A DNA stretch of 64,000 bases, taken from positions 187,529-251,528 of the forward strand of contig BOKP01000001.1 in NCBI GenBank assembly GCA_016861045.1, read 5' to 3'. The stretch comes from Actinomycetes bacterium (GTDB lineage Bacteria > Actinomycetota > Thermoleophilia > Solirubrobacterales > 70-9). Both the position numbers and the translations under genes were made by a program. Below the pieces are notes generated by a model. It worked only from the letters and a program-made list of their open reading frames with translations, had not been told where the DNA came from and did no database searches. Shown in pieces: positions 10,312 to 18,400 of this stretch (within the stretch, counting starts at the first letter, position 1; the number at the start of each line of letters is the position of its first letter).

Positions 10312-11225
10312 GCGGCGTCCGGATCGGCACCCGGGGCAGCACCCTGGCGCTGGCGCAGGCGGGGCCGGTGGCCGCCGCGATCGGCGACGCCGAGACCGTC
10401 GTCATCCGCACCGCCGGCGACGAGGGGGGGCCGACGGCGCCCGAGACCAGCGACAAGTCCCGCTTCGTCGGGGCGATCGAGGCGGCGCTGCTCGCAGGCG
10501 AGGTCGACCTCGCCGTCCACAGCGCCAAGGACCTCCCCGCCGAGCTGCCGGACGGCCTCGCGCTGCTCGGCGTCCCCGCCCGCGAGGACCCGGCCGACGT
10601 CTGGGTCGGGCCCGGGACGGGGCCGGAGGAGCTTGCGAAGGGAGCCCGGGTCGGGACGGCCAGCATCAGGCGCCGCTCGCAGCTTCTCGCTCTGCGCGGC
10701 GATCTCGACGTGATCGCGGTGCGAGGGAACGTCGACACCAGGCTCGGCAAGCTCGCCGCCGGCGAGGTCGACGGCCTCGTGCTCGCCGCCGCGGGCCTGC
10801 GCCGTCTCGGCCGTGACGCCGAGGCCGGCTTCCGGTTCGCGCTGCGGGCGCTGACGCCGGCCCCGGGACAGGGGGCGCTGGCGCTCGAGGGGCGCGCCGG
10901 CGACGCGGCTGCCTCGGCGGCGGCGGCGGCGCTGACCGATCCCGAGGCGCTGGTCGAGCTGACCGCCGAGCGGGCGGCGGTCGCGGCGCTCGGTGCGAGC
11001 TGCGACACGCCCGTCGGGGTCTGCGCGCGGCACGACGACGACGGGCTTCTGATCCGCGGCTACGCCGGCCTCCCCGACGGCAGCGGCCACGTCTACGACG
11101 AGGTCCGCGGCGACGCTGGCCAGCCGGTCGCGCTGGCCGAGGCGCTCGTCGCCCGGATGCGGGACGCCGGAGCCGCCGAGCTGCTCTCGCGGGCGGCGAG
11201 CTGGGAGCGCGACGGCCATGGCTGA
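10308..11225 (+). CDS. hemC: Porphobilinogen deaminase (hydroxymethylbilane synthase)
   Basis: The conserved N-terminus RIGTRGSTLALAQA is encoded from 10320, upstream of the track start (GTG 10368). There is no ATG/GTG/TTG in frame after the in-frame TGA at 10224. A CTG at 10308 overlaps the hemA stop. The start coordinate is therefore provisional. Confidence 0.85.
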   Translation: MSGVRIGTRGSTLALAQAGPVAAAIGDAETVVIRTAGDEGGPTAPETSDKSRFVGAIEAALLAGEVDLAVHSAKDLPAELPDGLALLGVPAREDPADVWVGPGTGPEELAKGARVGTASIRRRSQLLALRGDLDVIAVRGNVDTRLGKLAAGEVDGLVLAAAGLRRLGRDAEAGFRFALRALTPAPGQGALALEGRAGDAAASAAAAALTDPEALVELTAERAAVAALGASCDTPVGVCARHDDDGLLIRGYAGLPDGSGHVYDEVRGDAGQPVALAEALVARMRDAGAAELLSRAASWERDGHG

Positions 11226-12738
11226 GCCGGGGCCCGGGCCGGCGCCCGGCGTCGTCTACCTGGTCGGTGCCGGGCCCGGGGACCCCGGGCTGATGACCCG
11301 GCGGGCGCTGGATCTGATCGCCGCCGCCGACGCGATCCTCTACGACCGCCTGATCCCGGCCGGCGCCCTCGCCGGCGCCCGCGACGACGCCGACCTGATC
11401 TACGCCGGCAAGGCGCCCGGCGCGGTGGCGCTGGAGCAGGGGGAGATCGAGGCGCGGCTGATCGAGATCGCCCACTCGGGCCGCTCCGTGGTCAGGCTCA
11501 AGGGCGGCGACCCGTTCCTGTTCGGCCGCGGCGGTGAGGAGGCGGAGGCGCTGCGCGATGCGGGCGTCCCGTTCGAGGTCGTGCCCGGCGTGACCGCCGG
11601 GATCGCCGCGCCCGCCTACGCCGGGATCCCGGTCACCCACCGCGACGACGCCTCGGCGGTCGCGTTCGTGACCGGACACGAGGATCCGGGAAAGGACGAG
11701 TCGGCGCTCGATTGGCAGGCTCTCGCCGCGTTCCCGGGGACGCTCGTGCTCTACATGGGAGTCCGCAACCTGCCGCTGATCGCCGAGCGGCTGATCGCGG
11801 CCGGTCGCGACCCGGACGAGCCGGCGGCGGCGATCGAGCGCGGCACACGGCCCTCGCAGCGCACGGTCGTCGCCACCACCGCCGCCCTTCCCGGCGCGGT
11901 TGCCGCGGCGGGGCTCGGGGCGCCGGCGATCCTCCTGTTCGGCCCCGTGGCCCGGCGCCGGGAGCGGATCGGCTGGCTCGAGCGGCGTCCCCTGCACGGT
12001 CGCAAGGTCGTCGTCACCCGGGCGCGGGCACAGGCGAGCGAGCTCGCCACCCGGCTCCGCGATCTCGGTGCCGATGTCGTCGAGCTGCCGGCGATCCGGA
12101 TCGCTCCGCGGATCGACTCGCCGGCGGTCGCGACGATGGTCGCCGACCTGCACACCTACGCGCTGGTCTGCCTGACGAGCCCGAACGGCGCCGAGCTGCT
12201 GCTCGACGCGATGGAGGCGCGCGGGCTCGATGCCCGCGCTCTCGCCAACGCCACGATCGCGGCGATCGGCCCCGGGACGGCGCGGGCGCTCCGCGATCGC
12301 GGCCTGATCGCCGACATCGTCCCGCCGCGTTCGATCGCCGAGTCGCTGGCCGAGTCCTTGCGCGAGGTCGAGGTCGAGGGCCGGCCGGTCCTGATCGCGC
12401 GCGCCGCCGAGGCCCGCGACCTGCTCCCCGAGGCGCTTGCCGGACGCGGCGCCCTGGTCGACGTCGTGCCGCTGTACGAGACGGTCCGCGAGCCCGCGAC
12501 GGACGAATCGATCGCGGCGATCGCCGACGCCGACTACGTCACCTTCACCTCCTCCTCGACCGTGCGCAACTTCACCGAGTCGGTCGCAGCGGCGTTCCCC
12601 GCCGGCGCCCGGATCGTCTCGATCGGCCCGGTGACGAGCGCGGCCGCCCGCGAGCTCGGTCTCGAGGTCGCCGTCGAGGCCGAGCGCCACGACCCCGAGG
12701 GCCTCGTCGCCGCCCTCCTCGCCGACGCCACCCCCTGA
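11218..12738 (+). CDS. cobA: Fusion of uroporphyrinogen-III C-methyltransferase (CobA) and uroporphyrinogen-III synthase (HemD)
   Basis: The N-terminal half has [18 protein letters not shown]...LYDRL and the [13 protein letters not shown] tetrapyrrole methylase motifs. The C-terminal ~250 aa has a HemD-like fold ([13 protein letters not shown]...FTSSSTV). The start overlaps the hemC stop. Confidence 0.9.
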   Translation: MAEPGPGPAPGVVYLVGAGPGDPGLMTRRALDLIAAADAILYDRLIPAGALAGARDDADLIYAGKAPGAVALEQGEIEARLIEIAHSGRSVVRLKGGDPFLFGRGGEEAEALRDAGVPFEVVPGVTAGIAAPAYAGIPVTHRDDASAVAFVTGHEDPGKDESALDWQALAAFPGTLVLYMGVRNLPLIAERLIAAGRDPDEPAAAIERGTRPSQRTVVATTAALPGAVAAAGLGAPAILLFGPVARRRERIGWLERRPLHGRKVVVTRARAQASELATRLRDLGADVVELPAIRIAPRIDSPAVATMVADLHTYALVCLTSPNGAELLLDAMEARGLDARALANATIAAIGPGTARALRDRGLIADIVPPRSIAESLAESLREVEVEGRPVLIARAAEARDLLPEALAGRGALVDVVPLYETVREPATDESIAAIADADYVTFTSSSTVRNFTESVAAAFPAGARIVSIGPVTSAAARELGLEVAVEAERHDPEGLVAALLADATP

Positions 12739-12812
12739 CCCCCGCCGACGCCACCCCCTGACCCCCGCCGACGCCACCCCCTGACCCCCGCCGACGCCAC
12801 CCCCTGACCCCC
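12721..12812. repeat. Perfect 23-bp tandem repeat x4 (GCCGACGCCACCCCCTGACCCCC)
   Basis: Four identical units at 12721, 12744, 12767 and 12790. Unit 1 contains the last codons and the TGA stop of cobA/hemD. Confidence 0.95.
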
Positions 12813-12860
12813 TGGGGCATTTCGCGGCCGCATACGGTGCTGAGAATGTCCCACGTGGGG
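12811..12860. repeat. Palindromic interspersed element, copy A
   Basis: CCTGGGGCATTTCGCGGCCGCATACGGTGCTGAGAATGTCCCACGTGGGG. The arms GGGGCATT / AATG(T)CCC flank the core GCCGCATACGGTGCT. Confidence 0.85.
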
Positions 12861-12871
12861 GCCGGCGGCAG

Positions 12872-12922
12872 CCTGGGGCATTTCGCGGCCGCATACGGTG
12901 CTGAGAATGCCCCACGTGGGGG
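12872..12922. repeat. Palindromic interspersed element, copy B
   Basis: Near-identical to copy A. It has perfect 8-bp arms GGGGCATT...AATGCCCC and the palindrome CCCCACGTGGGG at its 3' side. Confidence 0.85.
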
Positions 12923-12992
12923 GTAAGGCGGGGGCGAGCGGGTGACGGCGCTCACGCAGGGCGGCCGATTCGGCGCACTACAGTGAGCCCGG

Positions 12993-13805
12993 ATGGGCCT
13001 GCCGATCACGTTCCTGACCGACTACGGCGTCGCCGACGACTTCGCCGGCGTCTGCCGCGCCGTGATCGCGCGGATCGCGCCCGGGGTCCAGGTGATCGAC
13101 ATCAGCCACGGGATCGGGCGCCACGACGTTCGCGAGGCGGCCGCCGTGCTCGCCGACTCGCTCCCCTACGCGCCGGTCGGCGTCCACCTCGCGATCGTCG
13201 ATCCGGGTGTCGGCGGGCGACGCCGCGCCGTCGCCGTCCGCGCCGGCGACGAGGGGCATCTGCTCGTCGGACCCGACAACGGCCTGCTGCCGCCCGCGAT
13301 CGACCACCTCGGCGGCGCCGCCGAGGCCGTCGACATCAGCCGCTCGCCGTTCCGGCTCGAGCACCCCTCCGCCACCTTCCATGGCCGTGACGTGTTCGCC
13401 CCGGTCGCCGCCCGCCTCGCGCTCGGCCGGACGCTCGAGGAGGCGGGCGAGCCGATCGATCCGGCCGGGCTCGAGCGCCAGCCGGTATCGAGGCCGCGCC
13501 TCGAGCAGCATCGCGCCGTCGCCCATGCCGAGCGGATCGACGGCTTCGGCAACATCTCGCTCGACCTCTGTCGCGCCGATCTCGACGGGCACCCCCTCGC
13601 CGGCTCCCCCCGCGTCTCGGTCGGCTCGCGCAAGCGCCGTCGCACGGCGACCCGCGCTGTGGCCTTCGAGGAGGTGCCCGACGGCCGCTTCCTCTTCTAC
13701 GAGGACTCCTCGGGCCGGATGGCGATCGCGGTCAACCGCGGCGATGCGAGCGAGGTCCTCGACCTCCGCGTCGGCGACGTCGTCGAGCTCGAGCCGGCGC
13801 CTTAG
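12993..13805 (+). CDS. SAM hydrolase / SAM-dependent halogenase family protein (DUF62, S-adenosyl-L-methionine hydroxide adenosyltransferase-like)
   Basis: 270 aa with ITFLTDYGVADDFAGVCRAVI, VIDISHGI, VDPGVGGRRR, VGPDNGLL and FHGRDVFAP, the characteristic motifs of this family. Confidence 0.8.
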   Translation: MGLPITFLTDYGVADDFAGVCRAVIARIAPGVQVIDISHGIGRHDVREAAAVLADSLPYAPVGVHLAIVDPGVGGRRRAVAVRAGDEGHLLVGPDNGLLPPAIDHLGGAAEAVDISRSPFRLEHPSATFHGRDVFAPVAARLALGRTLEEAGEPIDPAGLERQPVSRPRLEQHRAVAHAERIDGFGNISLDLCRADLDGHPLAGSPRVSVGSRKRRRTATRAVAFEEVPDGRFLFYEDSSGRMAIAVNRGDASEVLDLRVGDVVELEPAP

Positions 13806-13980
13806 ATAACCCGACCGAATGCTCCGGCCTGCGGCCGTCCGGTTCGGTCGGCTCCGGTGGCGGGACCGCGGCGGCGCCCAGATCACGGCAGCCGCGAGCG
13901 GCTGCCGGAAGCGCCGCGCCGCCTATGGCGGGGAGCCCGGCGCGAGCCCGCGGCCGGCCGGCGGTCACACTGTCCCCGCA

Positions 13981-14694
13981 GTGCGCTTCGGCTCGCCCCA
14001 TCACCACTTCGAGGTCACCGACTCGACCAACCTGCGGGCGAAGGAGCTCGCCGCGGGCGGGGCCCCGTCGGGGACCGTGGTGACAGCCGGCGCGCAGACA
14101 GCCGGGCGCGGGCGGGGCGATCGGGCCTGGACGGCGCCGGCGGGGGCGGCGCTGCTCTACTCGGCGATCCTGCGACCGCTCGACCTCGGCCACCTGCTCC
14201 TGCCGCTGTCGGTTCCGGTCGCGGTCTGCGAGGCCTGCGAGGATGCCGCGCCGGTCCGCTGCGCGATCAAGTGGCCGAACGACATCTGGCTCGGGGAGCG
14301 GAAGCTGAGCGGGATCCTGATCGAGGCGCGTCCCCCCGAGTGGGCGGTGATCGGGGTCGGGATCAACCTCGCGATCGGCCCCGACGATTTCCCGGCCGAC
14401 CTGCGCTGGCCGGCGACCTCGCTCGGCCACGGCGTCACACCCCAGCGAATGCGGGCGGCGCTCGATGCCGCGCTGGGGCGCTGGGCCGCGGCCGACCCCG
14501 AGCTCGTCCGCGAGCGGTTCGCCGCCCGCGACGCGCTCCGCGGTCGCCGGCTGAGTTGGGAAGGGGGGTCGGGCGAGGGAGCCCGGACCGGGACCGGCGC
14601 CGGCATCGACGAGCGCGGCAACCTGCTCGTCCGCGGCCCGGGCGGGGAGTTGACGGCTCTCGGCTCCGGCGAGGTCCGGCTCACCCCCGGCTGA
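13981..14694 (+). CDS. birA: Biotin-[acetyl-CoA-carboxylase] ligase, group I (no HTH domain)
   Basis: GTG at 13981 is in frame with track ORF 13819..14694. Motifs: TDSTNLRAKELA, GRGRGDRAWTAP (the GRGRxGRxW motif) and KWPNDIWLGERKLSGILIE. Confidence 0.85.
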   Translation: MRFGSPHHHFEVTDSTNLRAKELAAGGAPSGTVVTAGAQTAGRGRGDRAWTAPAGAALLYSAILRPLDLGHLLLPLSVPVAVCEACEDAAPVRCAIKWPNDIWLGERKLSGILIEARPPEWAVIGVGINLAIGPDDFPADLRWPATSLGHGVTPQRMRAALDAALGRWAAADPELVRERFAARDALRGRRLSWEGGSGEGARTGTGAGIDERGNLLVRGPGGELTALGSGEVRLTPG

Positions 14695-14741
14695 GCGCCG
14701 CGGGGCGGGGCGATCGAGGTAGGCCGGCTTGCCTGCGGCCG

Positions 14742-15006
14742 AGCGCCGGGGGGCGCGGGGAGCTGCTCAGCCAGGCGGGCGCCGCGGGGGAGCCGGGGAG
14801 ATCGGCGCGGCGGGCTCGGCGTCAGCAGGCGCTCAGGCGGCGCGGCGATCCCGGCGGGCAGCGCGGAGGATCCGCGGAGATCGTCGCGGCGGGCCCGGCG
14901 TCAGCAGGCGCTCAGGCGGCGCGGCGATCCCGGCGGGCAGCGCGGAGGGTCCGCGGAGATCGTCGCGGCGGGCCCGGCGTCAGCAGGCGCTCAGGCGGCG
15001 CGGCGA
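14742..15006. repeat. 79-bp tandem repeat: two full copies (78/79 identical), a third partial copy that forms the helicase 3' end, and one degenerate upstream copy
   Basis: Units start at 14821, 14900 and 14979 (GTCAGCAGGCGCTCAGGCGGCGCGGCGA...). The degenerate copy spans 14742-14820. The stop codon (TCA on the + strand) of the minus-strand helicase lies in the third unit. Confidence 0.9.
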
Positions 15007-17630
15007 CCGCCGTCGCCGCCGGAGCCGCTCTCGTCCTCGCGCTCGTGGTCGGAGGCGGAGACGGGCGGCGAGGCGGGTTCGAGCTCGTCGCCGGCGGGGA
15101 CGTCGCCGTCATCGGAGCCGCCGCCGCCGTCGTCGCCGGGCTCGCCGTCGCCGGACGCTTCGCTGCCTCCATCGCCGGACGGCCTGGCGCCGGGGGCGAG
15201 CTCGTCGTCCCCGGCGTCGGCCGTGGCGCCCCCCGCCTCGACCGCCTCGGCATCGGCGTCCTCGCCGTCGCGCGCGCGCTTGCTGCGCCGGCGTCGCTTC
15301 TTGCCGCCGCCCTTCGGCAGGTTGCGAAGCAGCTCGCGGGCGACCGCCGAGGGCTTGCGCGCCATCCGCATCCGCGCGCCGCGCAGGACCTCCTCGGCCT
15401 CGGGCGTGTGGGCGACGGCGGCGGCCAGCAGCGCGACGGCGAGCCGGCGGTCCTGGCCGCGGGCGGCCTGGACGAGCCGGCGCGCGTTCTTGCCGTGGGC
15501 GCGGCCCGACGAGTTGACGAAGAGGCCGAGCAGGCGCTTGGTCTCGGGCCAGCGCGCGACCGCGTACTCCTCGTGCGACTCGCGGGTGAACTCGGCCAGC
15601 CTCCAGACCCAGGCCTGCGCCTGGTCGCGACGCCCGATTCGGTTTTCGGCGAGCGCCTGCAGGAGGATGCGAACGCCGGCCCGCCGCTGGTCGCGCTGCC
15701 AGGTGCCGACCATGTCGATCGCCTCGTCGAACGGCTCCGCCTCGCGCGTCGCGGCGAGCTCGGCGAGCGCCTTCTGCTTGAGCTGGGTCGAGCGGTTGCG
15801 CTGGATGCAGGTCAGCAGGAACCGGCGCCGCAGGTCCTTCGCCTGGTCGTGCTGGAGCATCGCCTTCGCCTTGCGCCACGAGTTCGGCTGCACCCGGGCG
15901 CCGGCCAGCGCCGCCCAGACGTGCTGCTCGGAGTAGTCGAGCCGCTCGACGGCGATCCGCCACATCTCGCGCTCGAGGACCTGGAGGCGGCGCTCCGGGT
16001 CGGCCGAGACCGGCACGACCCGCTTCTCGACGCGGACCCGGCGGCCGCGGCCGCGGCGGACGGGGCCGACGACGATCGCGCCGCCGCGGTAGACGTCGCG
16101 ATCGAGCAGGCTGTGGAGGGTGATGATCGCCTCGTCGTGGCGCGTCGCCGGATGCACGAGGTCGATGACGAGGCCGGCCTCCTTGCCGGGGTTGCGGCGC
16201 GTCACGCGTCCGACCCGCTGCTGGTAGATCCGCTTCGAGGCGGTCGGCGCCAGGTGCATGCAGATCGTCGCCCGCGGCGAGTTCCAGCCCTCGGCGAGCA
16301 GCATCGCGTTGCAGAGGACGTCGACCTCGCCGCGCTCGAAGGCGGCGAGGATCTCGGCCAGCTCCCGCTTCGGTGTCTCGCCGGAGACGGCGCGGGCGTT
16401 GATGCCGAACTCCCTCATCGCCTCGGCGACGTTGTTGGCGTGCCGGACTCCGGCCGTGTAGATGACCCCCGGGACCTTCTTGAAGCGCGACGCGTAGAGG
16501 TCGGCGATCGCGACGTTGAACGGTCCCTGGTCGAGCAGCTTCGCCAGCTCCTCCTGGTCGAAGTCCTGATCGACCTCGCCGCGCCGCAGCGGCACGTTGG
16601 CGAGCGTCCGCACGCCGGGTCCCGGCGGGATCCGGATGCAGCGCAGCGGCGCGATCACGCCGCGGCGGGCCGCCTGGGCGAGGTCGAAGCGCGAGGTCTG
16701 GGTCGGGAAGAGGTCGGCGACGTGGCGGGCGATCAGGGCGCCGGTCGCGGTCATCCCGATGAACACGGGTCCCTGCCAGGCGCGGATGCAGGCGCTCGTC
16801 TTCTCGCCGAGCGCGGTGTGGGCCTCATCGCAGATCACGATCGAGTAGGCGTCGGAGATGCGGCCGGCGTTGCGCACGAACCACTGGTAGGTCTCGACGG
16901 TGACCGGGCCACGGGCGTCGTCTTTGCCCTTCAGCAGCGGCGGCGAGAGCCGGTCGCCGTAGCCGCGGTCGGAGATCTCGCCGATGAACTGGTCGACGAG
17001 GTTGCGGCGGTGGGTGAGGATGAGGATGCCGCCGGTCCGTGACGCCTCGACGAAGCCGACGGCCGCGACCGTCTTGCCGGCCCCGGTCGCGTGCTCGAAC
17101 CAGAAGCGGCGGCTGGCGTAGGGATCGTCGGCGGCGTCGGCGAGCAGGTCCTCGTCCTCGCCGCCGGGCTCGTCGGCCCAGTCCTGCGGCTCCTCGTCGT
17201 CGGCGAGGGCGTCCTCGTCCTCGCCTTCCTCGCCGCTGCCGTTGGCCCCGCTGCCGTTGCCGTTCCGGCTCGAGCCCGGCTCCTCGATCTCGGCGATCAC
17301 CGCCGCGAGCGTGCCGGAGAGGGCATCGATCTGGTGCTCGGAGAGCTCGGCGCCGTCGTTGAGCCGCGGCGTCTCCTCCGCAAGCACCCGCTCGAGCCCG
17401 AGGAGCAGCGAGTAGTCGCGGCGCCACTCGGGCGAGGGCTCCTCGAAGCCCTCGTCGAGCTCGACCAGCGCCGCGTCGAGCGCGAGTCGCCGCGCCGTCC
17501 CGGGGTGGAGGTCGGCGAGGGCCTCGCCGTCGAGCAGGATCGGCTCTCGCGTGAACTTCTGGACGCGCTCGAGATCGGCGCCGGATGGCGCGGTGGCCGC
17601 GTCTGCGGCGAGTGCGGTGGTTTCTGCCAT
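14991..17630 (-). CDS. Superfamily-2 DEAH helicase (COG1061 / ResIII-type) with a long uncharacterised C-terminal region
   Basis: Internal ATG at 17630 (MAETTAL...). Motif I is ATGAGKT, Ia is LILTHRRNLVDQF, II is ICDEAH, III is GMTATG and VI is QQRVGRVTRR. About 350 aa of helical C-terminal domain follow, ending in a KKRRRRSKR basic patch and an acidic Gly/Asp tail. Confidence 0.85.
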   Translation of the reverse strand: MAETTALAADAATAPSGADLERVQKFTREPILLDGEALADLHPGTARRLALDAALVELDEGFEEPSPEWRRDYSLLLGLERVLAEETPRLNDGAELSEHQIDALSGTLAAVIAEIEEPGSSRNGNGSGANGSGEEGEDEDALADDEEPQDWADEPGGEDEDLLADAADDPYASRRFWFEHATGAGKTVAAVGFVEASRTGGILILTHRRNLVDQFIGEISDRGYGDRLSPPLLKGKDDARGPVTVETYQWFVRNAGRISDAYSIVICDEAHTALGEKTSACIRAWQGPVFIGMTATGALIARHVADLFPTQTSRFDLAQAARRGVIAPLRCIRIPPGPGVRTLANVPLRRGEVDQDFDQEELAKLLDQGPFNVAIADLYASRFKKVPGVIYTAGVRHANNVAEAMREFGINARAVSGETPKRELAEILAAFERGEVDVLCNAMLLAEGWNSPRATICMHLAPTASKRIYQQRVGRVTRRNPGKEAGLVIDLVHPATRHDEAIITLHSLLDRDVYRGGAIVVGPVRRGRGRRVRVEKRVVPVSADPERRLQVLEREMWRIAVERLDYSEQHVWAALAGARVQPNSWRKAKAMLQHDQAKDLRRRFLLTCIQRNRSTQLKQKALAELAATREAEPFDEAIDMVGTWQRDQRRAGVRILLQALAENRIGRRDQAQAWVWRLAEFTRESHEEYAVARWPETKRLLGLFVNSSGRAHGKNARRLVQAARGQDRRLAVALLAAAVAHTPEAEEVLRGARMRMARKPSAVARELLRNLPKGGGKKRRRRSKRARDGEDADAEAVEAGGATADAGDDELAPGARPSGDGGSEASGDGEPGDDGGGGSDDGDVPAGDELEPASPPVSASDHEREDESGSGGDGGRRAA

Positions 17631-17791
17631 GTGAGTGGCTCGGTGGACCCGCGCCGTTCGATCCAAGGCGGAACGAGCCGCGCGGTAAGCTCGGCGGGGC
17701 GGGGCGGTCAGGTTCCTGTTGGCTGGCCGCGGCCCCACGGCCCGGTGATCCCCTCGGGCCGCAGCACCATTAAAGCAGGGGACGAGGCCGG

Positions 17792-18400
17792 ATGGGCGAC
17801 CAGAACCGCAGATGGATGCTGACCGTCGCGATCGCGCTGCTCGCGGTGTCTCTGGCGCTCGTGCTCACGGCCTGCGGCACCGACGACTCCGGCGTCGATC
17901 CCGGCAGCGCCGCCGACGCTCCCGACTACGATGCCGCGATCGCGCAGGCCCCGCCCGCGCTGGAGGCGCTCTACGCGCGGGGAGGCAGGCTCGTCCCCGG
18001 CGAGCTCGACGCGTTCACGAAGCAGCTCGACGCCGTCGCCGGCCATCCCGTCGTCGTCAACAACTGGGCGTCCTGGTGCGGCCCGTGCCGGGTCGAGTGG
18101 CCCTGGCTGCAGCGGGCGGCCGCCGAGCACCTCGACGAGGTCGCGTTCATCGGCGTCGCCACCGACGACGAGAGGGACTCGATCGACACCTTCCTGGCCG
18201 ACCACCCGGTGCCCTATCCGACCTTTGCCGATCCCGACAAGGAGCTCGCCGACGTCACCGGGTTCGCGTCGGTCGGCGGCCTGCCCAACACGCTCTTCTA
18301 CGATGCCGACGGCGAGCTCGTCTTCACCCACCAGGGCGTCTATCCGGACCAGGCATCGCTCGAGGCCGACATCTCGAAGTACGCCCTCGGCGAGTCCTAG
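17792..18400 (+). CDS. TlpA/ResA/CcmG-type thiol-disulfide oxidoreductase lipoprotein
   Basis: Lipobox LVLTAC. The thioredoxin motif is WASWCGPCRVEWP. 202 aa. Confidence 0.85.
   Translation: MGDQNRRWMLTVAIALLAVSLALVLTACGTDDSGVDPGSAADAPDYDAAIAQAPPALEALYARGGRLVPGELDAFTKQLDAVAGHPVVVNNWASWCGPCRVEWPWLQRAAAEHLDEVAFIGVATDDERDSIDTFLADHPVPYPTFADPDKELADVTGFASVGGLPNTLFYDADGELVFTHQGVYPDQASLEADISKYALGES

Noticed and set aside
14742-15006. Possible CRISPR array (regular 79-bp periodicity)
   Set aside because: The units are contiguous with no unique spacers. The unit is far longer than a CRISPR repeat, there are no cas genes, and one unit is the 3' end of a coding gene.
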